Positions 1 through 14,468 are shown, counted from the first letter of the stretch. The stretch: DNA of 64,000 bases from Mytilus trossulus (GCF_036588685.1 NC_086383.1:62434001-62498000), one strand, 5' to 3'. Translations and numbers: made by a program. The notes: generated from the sequence alone by a model not told the origin.

Positions 1-1482
1 TTGTCTTGTATATTTTTAATTGTATAAATCTCTGTCCTGCCTTTTCTTTTCAGTTTATTCGGTCCTGTTTTTTTAATATGTTTATCCTGACAAATTTTAC
101 ATAAATTGTCATCCTATCCTTTTTTACCAAGTAAAAACAATGTACCTCATCCTGACTTTTTTCACTAAACATTCATGTCCTGCCTTTTTGTCAATTTTCA
201 TCCTATCCCCCCTTTCCATAAAAGTCAAATGGTAGCTTCCTAATCGAGCCCTTAACTCGTGTACCGTTCTTATCCATTGTGTTGGCAATGAGAACAAATT
301 AGGAAATGTGTGTGATATCAATTCAATGAATAAACGTTGTACAGTACTTGAAATGAAACCGTACTTAACTACAAAAACAACCCAATTACATAATAATTTT
401 ATTGTTCGATTTTTATAGTAATAGGTTTGTTTTATAAACTGTCATGTGCACTATTTATATTCACATTCTTTCGCAAGTTTTAGCTATTCGACTAGGGGTA
501 TTGTGATTTTTCCTGATTATGTCTACTAGTATTTTATTGTGAAGACAAAGAATCCCGAAATTCTAAATAAAGTCAGAATACGTAACCAACCATGCTTGTT
601 TCGAGAAAGATGGATATGACAAACAATAATTTTCACTGTGGAGGGAAATGTACTGTCATATAAATGTCCTGTTAAATTGTTCCTTTTAAAAGTTTTGGAT
701 TCTCATAAATTCTATGTATTACTTTTGGACTAGTTTGAATCTCGGTCTATTTCTGTAATTTATTCTTACATACTTTTGATTTTTTAACCCTGTATGCTTT
801 CATTGCCTATGTAAATTTTAAAATTGTTTATAATCCTGGTACTTTTGATAACTATTGTATGCACATTGAACGACAAATGTATGTGACGTATATAATTTTT
901 CTGACGTCAGACACTCAAATCAATCCATGTGTTCGTAGATAGAAGATGTTTTTGTGTCCTGTTAAATTGTTCCTTTTAAAATTGTTATACGATGATGGCT
1001 GATGTACCCATATTTTGACTATTTTATTAATTGTGACTGTTTATTTAACGCATCATGTAAATTTAGCGGAATTTGATGAGACTGTTATTAAAGTGAGATG
1101 GTTAGCGCTATAGAACCAGGTTTAATCCACCATTTTCTACATTTGAAAATGCCTGTACCAAGTCAGGAATATGACAGTTCTTGTCCATTCGTTTTTGATG
1201 CGTTTTGTTTTTTGATTTTGCCATGTGATTATAGACTTTCCAAATTGATTTTCCTCTGAGTTCAGTATTTTTGTGATTTTACTTTTCAGTAACGCCCGTC
1301 ATATACTTGATGAATTTATAATTTACTGTTCTCGGTTGAAATTATATATTGTAAATATTCAAATAGTTACAAAGAAAACAATCAAGTTGAAAAGGTGTTT
1401 GTTCATTAAAGGTGAGTCCCTCCTTGTATATGCATTTAGTCATCATTAATTTCTTGATATTTCGTTTATCAGTTTATTATAC

Positions 1483-2070
1483 ATAAAATTGAGAATTGAA
1501 ATTGGGAATGCGTCAAAGAGCAGAAGGTCACCAACATGTCTTCAACATGTTCAATGTAGCGAGAAATACCCGCACCCGGAGGCGTCCTTCAGCTGGCCCA
1601 TAAACAGATATATACTAGTTCAGTGATAATTAAAGCCATACTAATTTCCAAATTGTACACAAGAAACTTAAATTAAAATTATACAAGACTAACAAAGGCC
1701 AGGCTGCCGTTTCATAAAACGATCGTTAGCGTACGTTTGAACGTTAACCAAACGTAACGCTAAAATTCCGTTTCATAAAACAATCGTACTTTGCGATTGT
1801 CGTACATTGCGTGTGAATCGCGGATGCTATTTACGTTTGGTTAAACCTGACGCAAAGCGATCGTTAAATAAAAGATGGCTGTCGCCCTACATACTGCGAG
1901 GTACAACCAACGCCGAATCTTTAGACGACAAAGGGTTTTCAGGGAAGGATTGAAATCATGGACAATTTAAATGAAACATTATCACAAAGGCCAGATGCTC
2001 CTGAATTGGGACAGGCGCAAAAATGCAGCGGGGCTAAACATGTTTCTGAGATCTCAACCTCCTTCTATAC
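1483..2070 (+). repeat. SINE-like interspersed repeat family X (other copies 10545-10690 reversed, 17359-17625)
   Basis: Shared GAAGGTCACCAACA.GTCTTCAA...GGAGGCGTCCTTCAGCTGG...ACTAGTTCAGTGATAAT...ATACAAGACTAACAAAGGCCAG. Confidence 0.7.
1703..1983 (+). mobile_element. Probable PIF/Harbinger 5' end fragment inserted in a SINE-like repeat
   Basis: Starts GCTGCCGTTTCATAAAAC (repeated internally); ATG at 1875 gives MAVALHTARYNQRRIFRRQRVFRE; flanked by ACAAAGGCCAG direct repeats. Confidence 0.5.
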
Positions 2071-3569
2071 CTCTGATTTTGTATTTCATTTTGAATACCC
2101 ATACTACACATCACCTTGGCGGATAGTTCAACAATATTATGCTCAATTCTTACGGTATGAAATTAATTTTCATCCAATAAAATTATATGTCACCGTACGA
2201 CCTTACACAATGAACAAAACCCATACTCCATAATCAGCCATAAAAGGCTCCAAACAAAATCAATCGATAAAACTAACGGCCTAATTTATGAACATTATAA
2301 TGAAGGAAAAACAAAGATGATACACAAAAAGAAACGACAACTTTTAAATTATAAGCTCCTGACGTGTGATAGGCACATACAGAATGTAGAAGGATAATCA
2401 AACTTATTAGCGGGAGCTTAAATCTCCACTGCACTTGGAACAGTACTGTTACATTACAACATTAAGAGCACACCAACAAAATTGTTTGAAAAAAGGCTTA
2501 ACTCATAAGAATGATACACATATACACATAGAAATACATCTAATAAACACAGAGTAGACGTGCCGGGGTACTTATACATTCCCACAGAAAAATTACACTA
2601 AGTATTGTCAGATCTGAGAGTACTTCCAGTTACTAACAGATAGTTAAACATAATAGCAACTTATTAAAAAAAACAACTTTGGAGACTAAAATAATGAATA
2701 TTTTCCATAGGGCGAAAATTAGACATAGGAATCCAAATGTTTTTTTTGGTGAGGAATGCAACGATATTTTTATGTGGGGCGAAGTGTTTTCAAACGAAAA
2801 TTTCGGAATGTCGTCTCATAGAGTAGTGACATTAGTGACATAAATAATACAATTTTTTTTCATGCACCCACCTTCAGCTAAATCTTATTCCGTTCGAAAG
2901 CACACCATCTGCACTATATTTTTTGTCCGCTTGTCAATAAATGGCATGGTGCAGTTTCCGTTAAATGACAAAAAAAGGTCAAGGACTGACAACTTCAAAA
3001 TTTACAAGATGCCAGCACTTTTGCATATTCAGTCTTCTGAATAAGATTATTTTATATGGACATATGGAAATCTGTTAATACAGATGTGAGTACATTTGTA
3101 GTAACTTATCAAAAGCACTTCGAAATATTAATGTCGGACTTTTTCAAATTGCGCCGTTTTCCAAAAATTTCATTGAAAATGACAAAAATGCATAAAAAAC
3201 AAATATTTTGTCTTTGATTAAACTGCTATTCACATTAAAACCAAATAACATTATTTATTAAGTGCTAATACTGTTTAAACATAATGTAATTATTGCAATT
3301 GCGCTTCATTTTGATTAAACAGCCGAGTAGACCAACCATGCAGTTGTCCAAATTATCACCATCTACAGATAGATAGCTTTTGTAGCTGTCATTTGTTAAA
3401 ACAATTTGTATGTAGTCGAGGTTATTAAACACAAATCTCAAAGGTGCAAATTTTTTAAGGGACAGATAACATACGTCATTTATGCTTTAAGAGGAAAATT
3501 TTGGATCGAAACTTTGATATTTCAATATTTCCATATTTATATGTTTCCTTGTTTGCTTATAATGCGTCT

Positions 3570-3873
3570 TCACCGGCACAGTAGTCAACATTTCGGTGTT
3601 GACATGAATATCAATAATGTGGTCATTTTAATAAATATCCTGTTTACAAAACTTTGAATTTTTCGAAAACTAAGGATTTTCTTATTTCAGTCATAGATTA
3701 CCTAAGCCGTATTTGGTACAACTTTTTGGAACTATGGATCCTCAATGCTCTTCAACTTTGTCCTTGTTTGGCTTTATAAATGTTTCGATATGAGGGTCAC
3801 TGATGAGTCTTATGTAGACGAAAAGCGCGACTGGCGTACTAAGTTATAATCTTGGTACCTTTGATAACTATTT
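3570..3873 (+). mobile_element. Family 1 retrozyme-like copy, 5'-truncated, with mutated HHR
   Basis: Homologous to 52552-52850; CTGATGA at 3800, GAAA at 3820, but the cleavage triplet reads GAC. Confidence 0.8.
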
Positions 3874-3975
3874 AAGCCTGCATTGACTGGGGAAAGGAAA
3901 ATTACTATATGCACACCACTGAAATGTTCTCAATGCCTGGTCAATGTATTTTATTTCTATAAAACAACGTTATAG

Positions 3976-4183
3976 GGCTCTTCACGGTTAGTTCGGCCAT
4001 ATTGGATAGGGGCAGATTTTCATAATGGAGGTAAAAATGGTGTGAAAAATACGGGAAAACATCATTAAAATAGAGCAGTTGCTTGGAAACACACATATGA
4101 TTTCCCATACTTTAATTTTATTTCCACCTCTTTCTAAAAAATCTGCCCCCTATCCAATTTGGCCGAAATAACCGCGAAGAGCC
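3976..4183. mobile_element. MITE with ~45-bp TIRs
   Basis: GGCTCTTCACGGTTAGTTCGGCCATATTGGATAGGGGCAGATTT versus AAATCTGCCCCCTATCCAATTTGGCCGAAATAACCGCGAAGAGCC. Confidence 0.8.
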
Positions 4184-7100
4184 ATATTCTTGTATATAGG
4201 TTCAGAATTTCGAAATTATATTTACTTACATTATATCTTAGATGGCAATAGAAATTCGCAGTAACATTACACACACTTCTTGAAAACTTTACATATACAT
4301 ACAGATGATTGATGAATAGCTGATGTTTGACGCAATTTTCCGTTCCGCTTGTTGGACATTGGCATATTAACCTACAGATGGTTCATGTACATTTATAATA
4401 AACATGGTTAAAATAAAGTCATTTTTATTCTAAAATATCTATACAATTGTTGTTCCTCAGTTTTTCTGTTAAATCATTGTTTTTATTAATTTATATAGTT
4501 CATGTGTTTTCCTCGGTTTCATTTTGCAACTATAATTCTTTGCTCTTAAATTGATTTATGACTTTTGAACAGAAAAACAAATGTTTCAGTGGTTTTACGT
4601 CATTTTAACTTAAATGATGTTTGTGGATATTTATTTTGCACTGAGCCCTCTATCGTTGAACTGAAAGCAACCTTTGGTGATTTTCATATTTTTTCCGTTA
4701 GGGTTCTAATTGTGCGAAAATCTGGCAACAATAATAAGTGATATATATGTTAAAAAAAATCCCAAAATGCTGTACAAAATTATATGTATAAGTGTTAAAA
4801 CGAGATAGCTTGAAAGCAGGTAGGTTCTGGTAAATTTTAACAGATTGTTATTACTAACCCTATTATGAACACATTCCTCTATGTATAACCTCCATATGTG
4901 CAAAAACAAACAAAACTTCTTAAAACCCTATACCGAAATGTGCGAATACGACATACAGTTATCAAAAGGGTATTCAATCTTAATTAATCTGAATAATTAA
5001 TTTTCAGTCATGTTTAATTAAACAACTAATAAAGTATATCATAATGGTCTAAGTTAACATAAAAAGGAATTCGACACTTTTTATGTTGAAAAGCGCATGG
5101 TACAAACAGTTTTCATTCTTTCATTCGAACTTTGAACGAGAACAAATTTCGTATCTTGTCTTTCCACATCAGAAAACAATTGTTTAATCAAATATACCCT
5201 TTTTGCTCATCAAAGTTATTTCTTTGCTGTAAAATATATGGTAATCTGCCGATATTGGCAATATTATGTAGCCAAAACAGCAAAACGATCACCGTTTTAG
5301 GGCAATTGCAAACGAATCATAAGAAGGCTGCATCTAAAACCTATATCACAAAAGTTGCAGTTTAAAATGATAAAATATTCTCTCGGCCTTTAAACGACCA
5401 ATCTATTCTCTTTTTGACATATAAATATTAAAACTTTAGAAACCATTCAGATTTTATTTCAGTTTTATAATTTTTGGAAGTTTTTTTTTTTTTAGAAATA
5501 TTTATCCATACAAGTACATGGAAAAAGCCTTTTGATTAATTCTTGCAAAATTAAGGAATGTTCAATTTTAACCTTTGACCTTGATATAACGAACATTGTA
5601 TTGTAAGAATTATTGATAACCGGGCAAAACAAAAAGTATCAGCACAATAAGATTTCGAATGATATACAATATAGCCGTATGTTAGGTGGGTGCATTAAAG
5701 TCGGAAACTAGAAAAAAGGTCACTCGCATATCAGGTGTCAAATAGAAAACTATTCATAATTGATGATATTTTGCGAGATGAGAGTTAATTTTCTTGTAAT
5801 CTGATCTCATGTCAAAATAAAATGTTTTAAAATCGACTATGACTTATGAATCTCTCATAACTGGAAAAAATACATAACGCTACCACATGTACACTTTTCT
5901 TATTTTATTGATTTATTACATTGATTTTCCAGTTAAATAAACAACGATAATGTCACATGTGAAATAAACGTGGTTATTTCAGTCTCTGACGTCATACAAA
6001 AATAGGCGTTGTCCAGACGTCGATAACGGCGGACTAAAACAAATTGTGAATACGTAGAAAAAAGATATAGTTCCTTACATGTTTCACATTTGTTTCTTTA
6101 AAAAACTAATTAAAGAATTCAAATATCGAAAAATAGTCATCTCGTGACCAAACAACACTGATAATTAACTCATGTGCTACGTGTATTCGTTAATTAATGT
6201 GTTGTCCAGTCACTCGTTGAATATTTTTCTCTGTTTAAATTCTTCGATTAATTATTATATAAATATATGAATTCTTTGCACACAATAAATTCATAGGTAA
6301 TGAATAACCTCTAATTTAAGACTACAATATGTTTTATATCGAGTACACAAAATTCAATAAAGGGGCACTAGCTACGAAACATGGAAAATAAATATACGAT
6401 TCAATCATAAATAAATAAAATAATGAAATGATGATTCTTTTTAAGCAGCCAATTTTGTTCAATTTAGTTTAAATAGGGAAGAAATATATATGAGTTTGAC
6501 TGTCCCCCTGGTATATTTCGTCTCTCTCTTATCATATCATATCTTTAACTGTCTGAGCAGTTAGATAAAGCAGAGACATATATACACAGAGATTGGCAAC
6601 TCCGTGAAATCCCATTAAAGATCGCGGCCCGGAATGAGATTCTCGTCGATAAACTTTAGGACATGTAATCAAATCAGGGATGAATAACCTCGATAGATAA
6701 TCAAGAAAAGCAATGGGAAAATTATATCAGATCATATTATAAATTCTTTTCTGAAAAAAAAATACTTGAATGTTACATTTATCTTTAAAGCATTTATTGT
6801 CAATTTGAGAAAAATATTTTTATCTGCATTTCATAATTTATAATTCAAATCAGCTGGTAATGCTCAATTGTTATTACAAGAAAATTTTCGGTACGGCATA
6901 TCTTTGCAATAGTTTGCTCAATTACACAATAACATTTTGTGTGTCCGATTTTCCGGTAATAAGGTCTTTAATAGAGTTGTGACTGTTGATTCACAGGTAT
7001 GCGATTACGCAATTTATTGCCCTCCGATCACCTGCATATTGCCGGAGGTGAAGTTCTAAATGGATTATTACTTCGCAATTGTTTTTTTAAAACTAAACAA

Positions 7101-9084
7101 ATTCTGATATATTATTTTAACCATGACCAGAACTTTATTTTAACAGAAGCACTCGGCAATACTTTAGTGTATGTTCAATCAGGAAAACAAAAATAGTCTT
7201 TTAACATGTCAAAAAAGGAAATGAAGCAACTTTTTCATATATAAACACATATGTAGCCAGTTGAATTTTGTGGCCGAATTTTGTCTCGTGAGAAACTGGA
7301 TTTATATCTGTTTTAATTTAATTTAATTGTTTAATTGTCGATTGACCTAAAATAAAATAAAATAATTTATGGAACCTTTGCATGCTGACTATGCGGTATG
7401 TGCTTTGCTTGTTGTTGAAGGCCGTACGGTGACCTATATTTGTTAATGTTTGTGTCATTTTGGTCTTTTGTGGATAGTTGTCTCATTACAATCATACCAC
7501 ATCTTTTTTATTTGTACATTATAGTGTTTTCGAAATCACTATTTTTGCTACCATGAAATATTGAATATGAATCAGTCATTATTTGTATTTTTTTAAAGAC
7601 TTAATATCAAACTTTGATTAAAAACAATACATGTATGTATCATAAGTACAGTACATGCTCTGCTAAATGTAGAATTTTAATGTTTTGTTTCATAGACCAC
7701 TGAAGTACTACAACATTCTTATCTTTACTCTTTCCTATCAGGTAGTGAAACTTGAGTTTGAAATTAGAAGGATTTAAAATTGTGCACAAGTTTTTATATC
7801 TGATCTTTTGTGGGTTTTTGTTGTTCTCAAGGAACTTTTCTGTGCAGTTATTTTCTTTTCATTTGTTATTTTTTTCCTCTGTGTTACATGACCTTGTACT
7901 TTTTGTATTGCCCCTTGACATCTCCTGCTTCTGTTAAAACCTTTAACACAAATATCTCATCTGTTTTAAATGAAATAGTCTCATTCCTGGAATTTGCAAT
8001 ACAGAAATTCATTTTAATATCAGATTTTTTATAAGCATATAAACTGCTTGGTCTCTTCACACAACTTTTGTTTAGGACGGAATGCATGAATAGGTATATA
8101 CATGTACCAGGTCATGGATATATAAGTACACGTTATGTGCTTTTGACCTTCAAAAGAATTCGTAAACATTCATAGATGTGCAAAGAATATTGTTGTCGTT
8201 GGGTTGTTGTCTCATTGACATATACCTCACATTTCTGTTTAGTCATAGCATCTGTGCCTTTTCAATTTATTGCAGAAAATATTAGCATAACCATTTATTT
8301 TCAAAACAGGAAAGGTGAAATAGTGTTCACAGATTTAGGACATGTAAAACTGAAACAACACAACACAAGAGATAAATATAAATAAGTACCATTGACAATT
8401 TGTTAAAGGACTGACACAAACATAGATGGTGACCAATGAGAGCGACTAGTGTACAGTAGTAGAGTGAATTATACTTGCTTCTTTTCCTACACATTTTGTC
8501 ATTTTATGTAAACAATTACATATGTTACTTTCCATGGAGAGGAAGGAATTTGTGAATAGAGTGGCCTTCCAATGATAGTCATATATGTAAATCCTTGTCT
8601 CATTAGGAATCATACTACATCATCATATTGTTTATACATGTACATCTACATGTACATGTAGTCATGTAAGGTTTCTGGTAAAAACTATGTAAACATAAAG
8701 AAGACAAATGAAGTTGAACACAAGATATTTATTCATATTTTTATCCATTTTACAGTCAGGATGAGCACATGTACTTTTCTCTCTTACATAACCATTGTTA
8801 GTTTAAGTATCACATTGATAGTAGCAATCAGTCCACTACATGACTGTGCCGTCACATTTGGAAAAAGTCATCACTAGTTGTTCCTGTTTGCCAGGGAGTC
8901 TTATTTTCAATCTGAAAGACTTGGGAGTCCAACATTCAGCACATGTATGATATTATATCTCTTGTAAGCTTTACTGATAGGTAAACTTGATCAACATCTT
9001 TGTTCTTTTATAACATGCAGGATCCTGTTAAAAAAAAGCTAGCTGCCAGATACTGAATGTAAATATATATAAAATTGTTAATGT

Positions 9085-9545
9085 CATCAAAGTGGTGAAA
9101 ATAATGGAAAAAAACCAACTTCTATACACAAATCCAGTATGTCATAGGAAAGTAATGCATGTGCTGGGTACAATAATTCTCTGAAGATGGAAAAATGTAT
9201 AAACTGTAAACGGACAGGGGTCGGTCTTGATATTGAAGCAAAACACCATGGCTGACAGCTATAATACTGATTTTTAATTGTAAATTGCATCAAAGTGGGT
9301 GAAAATATGATAAAACAACCTCTATATGCAAATTCAGTGTGTCATAGGAAAAAAAATAATGTGCTGGGAACAATTATTCTCTGAAGATGGAAAAGTTTTA
9401 AACTGTAGCCATGGACAGGGGTCTGTCTTGATATTAAAGAAAATTAACATGGCCGTCAGCTATAATACTGATTTTTAATTGTAAATTGCATCAAAGTGGG
9501 TGAAAATATGATAAAAACAACCTCTATATGCAAATTCAGTATGTC
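9085..9545. repeat. ~202-bp tandem repeat, ~2.3 copies
   Basis: CATCAAAGTGG(G)TGAAAAT at 9085, 9288 and 9489. Confidence 0.8.
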
Positions 9546-11348
9546 TGGGGAAAGCAATTCATCTCGCAATTTGTTTTATTCCTTTTCAAATGAAAATGTT
9601 TTGATAGAAATTTCGACCGTGCTAAATATTTTCATAACGTGAATATCGGCCTAGTTTTTACCCTTAAATACTGCAATAAAACGTTAATCGTCTCAATATT
9701 TTAAATAATAACTACTGCAAACTGAATAAAACAAGGTAATTCATACTAGAAATTGAAATATATACTTACATTATGCTGTTTTAAAATGCTTGATGTGTAA
9801 TAAAAATCGAAGCGTGGTGGTGTACTTGTCGTGATAGAATCAAAATGCCGATCTCGTTAAAGTCTCGTGAGATGCGTGACGTGGATTAGATTTCGTTGAC
9901 CACTGTTACAGTTGCCAATCTCTGTGTATATATGTCTCTGGATAAAGATATGATGTTCTAAATAAGCAAGGAAATATCTATGAGTTTGACTGTACCTTTG
10001 TATCTTTCGTCTCTCTCTTATCACATCTAAGAAATGATATGTTATCAAAGAAATAATACTCTGCGTAGCAGAAATGTAAAACTTACGTATTCGTTCATAT
10101 CAGTAAAGTAGTCATTTCCTAAAGTAGAATATTCATAACACTAAAGTACGAAGCGTCATATTCACATAGATAAAGGAAGATGTGGTGTGAGTGCCAATGA
10201 GACAACTCTCTGATCCAAATAACAATTTATAAAAGTAAACCATTATAGGTCAATGTACGAGCTTCAACATTGAGCCTTTGCTCACACCGAACAAAAAGCT
10301 ATAAAGGGCACTAAAATCACTAGTGTAAAATCATTTAAAACGGGAAAACCCACGGTCTTCTTTCCATAAAAAACGTGAAACGAGAAACATAAAATGCATA
10401 AACAAACGACAACTACTGTACATCAGATTCTGGACTTAGGACAGGTGCAAACATTTGCAGCGAAATTAAACGTTTGAATAGCACCAAACCTTCCCTCTTT
10501 TCTGAAACAATATCATAACATCAAACATAGAAAACCATACATATTTTTAGGGGCAAGCTGAAGGACGCCTCCGGGTGCTTAAATTTCTCGTTACATTGAA
10601 GACCTGTTGGTGACCTTCTGCTGTTATTATTTTTATGGTCGGGTTGTTGTCTCATTGAAACATTCCCTACTTCCATTCTCAATTTGATTAAAATATCAAT
10701 TGGAAGGCTTAACTCGATCAAATAAAGTAAATGAACAAATTCGACAAGAAGGAGTTTCGCTAAGGATTGTTCTTAACAAAACTTGGTTTGCAGGTTTAAT
10801 CATTTCAGTCTTACAGAATAAACTTAAAAGACGTTTGACAAATACTTCTGAATTCCGGATGTAAATTTAGACAAAACATCTAGACTGTTACTATTATTTA
10901 TCAAATATCAAGCTATTTTTGTTCATCGCAATGACAATGAAAACATAAAATGAAAAGAAGACACTACAACTGGACAAGCAGAGTAAAATTACAAGGCAAA
11001 TTGTCGCTAAAAAAAGTCTTTATAGCAGGTTTGACTTTTTTTGTTTAGAATGATTGCAACACCGGAATGATTTGCAGAAGAAAATATTGTCACTGAATTT
11101 AGTACCTCAATCGTCAGTCTCCTGAATGTCAATAAATAAATCATCTTAGTTGTTTCATCAGTTATATTTGCTCTGATCTGGTATATGCTTTGATATTATC
11201 ACAAGAGCAACATCCAATCTGCCCTTCAATATGTGAACTATCTGTAACTCCTATTACTAGTCATATGAATACGTCAAACCATCAATCACTTCGGGTTTAT
11301 CTTCAATATTATGTTTTCCTTCCTTAAAACAAAGTTTCGATTATTTCC

Positions 11349-11445
11349 AAGGTGAAACAAACCAATCAACACACTACATATCGTACAACGTCAGTGTACA
11401 GTAAACCATCTAAGTATTTAAAGCACACACTATTGCAGAAATCAT
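11349..11445 (+). promoter_or_regulatory. Putative proximal promoter of gene A (CRE-like ACGTCA at 11388, TATA-like TATTTAAA at 11415)
   Basis: Block AAGGTGAAACA..AATCAACA..AACGTCAG..GTAA..CTATTG..AATCAT is conserved upstream of gene B (38228-38327). Confidence 0.4.
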
Positions 11446-11472
11446 GTTAGAATGGTGTGTGGACTGACAAGA

Positions 11473-11776
11473 ATGAATATAATGATACTATTTGTAGGTA
11501 TGCACACGATGTTCGTTGCTGTCTTGAGCGAATCAAGAATGATCTCAGCGCACCATAAACCTGAATATGACAACAAGTATGAAGAAGATAATGCCATTGA
11601 CACCTATCATGTTAGATCTGTAGGGCTATGCGGTATGCAATGTTTATCAAATGCGCGCTGTGTATCATTCTTCTACAACAATCTTACAGGGATGTGTGTT
11701 TTACACTCAGATCCGTTTACCTATACTGTGATGTCATCTTCAGCGAAAGGGTGGAAATTTTACCTTTCACAGGAAC
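11473..11776 (+). CDS. Gene A exon 1: signal peptide + PAN/apple-like domain of a secreted PAN-CTLD lectin (alternative in-frame ATG at 11452)
   Basis: Hydrophobic N-terminus MNIMILFVGMHTMFVAVLS; PAN motif CGMQCLSNARCVSFFYNNLTGMC; donor C|GTAAGT at 11777 (phase 1); paralog at 38355 starts at the ATG equivalent to 11473. Confidence 0.88.
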
Positions 11777-12551
11777 GTAAGTTTACGTAACTATATATTT
11801 ATTAACTAGTAACTTCTTATCTTTTCTAGGTTACAAAAGGTTAACCCTTGTACACATGCTGAATGTTTTTTATAATGTAAATGACTAAACAACTTTTCTT
11901 TGTTTTCACGATTAGGATAATGTGTAGCTCATCTTTCACAATCAATTTTATGAAAAATCAACATAACGTAGTGTATATAAAAACAAAATGAACGGTTTCA
12001 AGTACAAAAAGTGTTCTTTTTTTAATCAATCCCGTAGACTTGTGTTGTGCCTTTGGTGTTTTTTCCTAAAGTACTATATATTTTGTTTATCTAATTGAAC
12101 AGTGTTACTTGAAAATTTGAAGCATTTTAACAGACATTTTTTTCGGATTTGTTCCGCGTTTAAAAAAAAAAGATTTTTCACTGATTTTAAAGGAAAATTT
12201 CAATTCATTTCATTCACAATCCGGTATCAGATCTTTCAGGATCCAATCGCAATCCCTGACCACCTTTAGTTATTCTTTCATGATCAATTATCACTCGTTC
12301 TAACGGTACATACATACCCGTGAACTGTAATGTATTGTATCTATAAGTGCAAACAGCTACTGAACTATATTTTTAAATTGACAGTATTTCAATTATGCTG
12401 TGTTACTGGCTAAACATTACGTCACCTAACAGCGTTTGAAATCCTTTGTTGTATTTCGGATAGAATAAATATACAAAAGTTAAATCTAATAAATCAAATG
12501 GAAATGAAAATATAAAAGCGAAATTCTTATAGATTATTTTGTTTCTTACCG

Positions 12552-13227
12552 TATGTGTCTGGACCGTATGCGTACTTTTTCCAAATACTCATACGGTGGG
12601 ATCGTACGCGTACGGTCTCACTAATATTGAAAAAATAGGTTAATTTTATTAGATACAAATGCATATAGCAGATCAACATAAAACTATCAAATTAATATAA
12701 AAAAGTTCAATTGTAATTGAAACAAAAACTTTATATTTTAACTTTTTTTTAAAATTCACCCTATTTAAGTCTGTTAATCTCTTGCATTAAGCATGTCGAT
12801 CAGTAGTACTTTTATTGAATTATGAACACTGAAATTGAAAATATCGGAACTAAACATAATGTGGGAGGTCACTTGTTTTAGAACATTTAGCAACTTTACC
12901 AAAAAAATGCAAAGGAACATGCATGAACTGCATTCATGAAAATGTGAATAATATTACGTTACTTGAATTGTGTAACCTTTGGCGAGAGTACCAAAATAGG
13001 ATTTAGATATACAATTTGAAAATCGAATACTTAATTTTAATTGTTCGTTTGTTCATTTTATCTATCTAATTGTAAAAAATTATCAATAACAATTTGTAAA
13101 ACTAAAAATAGAGAACCATATGATAAAACAACATGTATGGTTAGCTCGTAGTCGGACCATACGAGTATACGTAAGGTTTCGGACCGTACATGTACGGTCC
13201 AAATACTCATATGGTCTGGAACATATA
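12552..13227. mobile_element. TIR element with GGACCGTAyG subterminal repeats; a decayed relative lies in gene B intron 1 (~41938-42563)
   Basis: TATGTGTCTGGACCGTATGCGTAC versus ATACTCATATGGTCTGGAACATATA. Confidence 0.55.
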
Positions 13228-13814
13228 TATAAGTTTATATTATTTATCATAAAATTGTTTCAACAAATTCTACTATGAGTTCTTTCATTTTCAGTTCCAT
13301 TTCTTTTTTGACTTTCCCATCTAACTATAACATGTCTGTTAGTACAATAAAATTAACGGTACCAATTTTCTTTCACAAGATGCAATACATGTATGTGTTT
13401 ACTTTTGAAGTTTACAGTTGTCGAAACCATAATACTGTTTTCTTTCTCTGAAATTTGATTTTCCATATTAAGACTTCTCAAAAGGTTCTTACTTACAAAG
13501 ATAGATATATAGTTTATTTTCATAAAACCATACAAGAACAAAGGTTACAGAGAAGTTAAAAAATAGTAAAGTATATTACATAAAAATAAATATGAATTAA
13601 AAATGCACAAAATTCATGTTGTGTTGTGTAGCCCTGTCTCGTTTATTTCACCTTATTCATGTAACAATGTTCTGTAACTAAATTACCTTTTAGAAATTCG
13701 CTTTGCAGTAATACAAAATAAGCAGCTTCATTTGAAATTTTGAAATACTTGAGGACCTTGACATAACAAATAATTCTAGGCCCATAAAGGGAAATACATT
13801 GCAATTGGGATATA

Positions 13815-14022
13815 CTGTGGATTCATTTATTTTCGTGGGTACCAATTTTCGTGGATTAAGGAAAATATGCATGTTCGTGGATATTTGAATTCGTGGTTTT
13901 GCAGAAATCTGCTTACTAGCCTATAGAACATGAGATATTCGTTGAACATTTAATTTCGTGGTTTACCTGTTCCCACGAATACCACGAAAATTGATATCCA
14001 ACGAACAATAATGAATCCACAG
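13815..14022. mobile_element. MITE with TA target duplication
   Basis: TA-CTGTGGATTCATT ... AATGAATCCACAG-TA. Confidence 0.82.
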
Positions 14023-14297
14023 TATCTGATTGGTTAGCGGTATATAATGTGATACTCTCCATCGTTAACATTGTTAACAATCAGGATATTTTTTTACCTA
14101 CTCTGTCAGATCAAATTTCAACACAGTGTGTTGTATTGTGGCTTTCACGTTGACAGAAACTCAACATCTTCCTCTATGTTTGAAATGAAAAAATACTTTT
14201 TTTTTAATTACGGATTTGTTTCAGCTATAAGTATTTTGTTCAACAACAAACTATTGTTACATAATATGATAACAACAGCTAATAACTATTTTGCCAG

Positions 14298-14468
14298 GTT
14301 CTGGTCGCTGTTTGGTCAACTTCTTCTACTACAGAGAAATGGACTTGTGTTATAAATTCGAACCACCAATTCAAACGTCCCTTGTAAATGAAGAATTCAT
14401 ATGTCCAGGAAGTGAGATCATGCGTATCGATTCTGATGAAAGACAAGATTATATCAAACTTGTTACAG
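14298..14468 (+). CDS. Gene A exon 2: N-terminal half of C-type lectin-like domain
   Basis: Acceptor ttttgccAG at 14296-14297, donor G|GTAAAA at 14469; 171 nt, phase 1-1; encodes (R)SGRCLVNFFYYREMDLCY...C...MRIDSDERQDYIKLVT; the paralogous exon in gene B is also 171 nt. Confidence 0.88.

Noticed and set aside
2862-5695. 12-bp inverted match ATGCACCCACCT possibly bounding a 2.8-kb element
   Set aside because: Too short, no convincing TSD, and no internal coding support
7741-9060. Possible exons of another gene around 7.7-9.0 kb
   Set aside because: Splice-like words are present, but no consistent reading frame or recognisable protein motif
11452-11790. Exon 1 ORFs (also 38355-38678) as standalone single-exon PAN proteins
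   Set aside because: Both have a consensus GTAAGT donor at the same position and in-phase downstream exons; read-through stops a few codons into the intron
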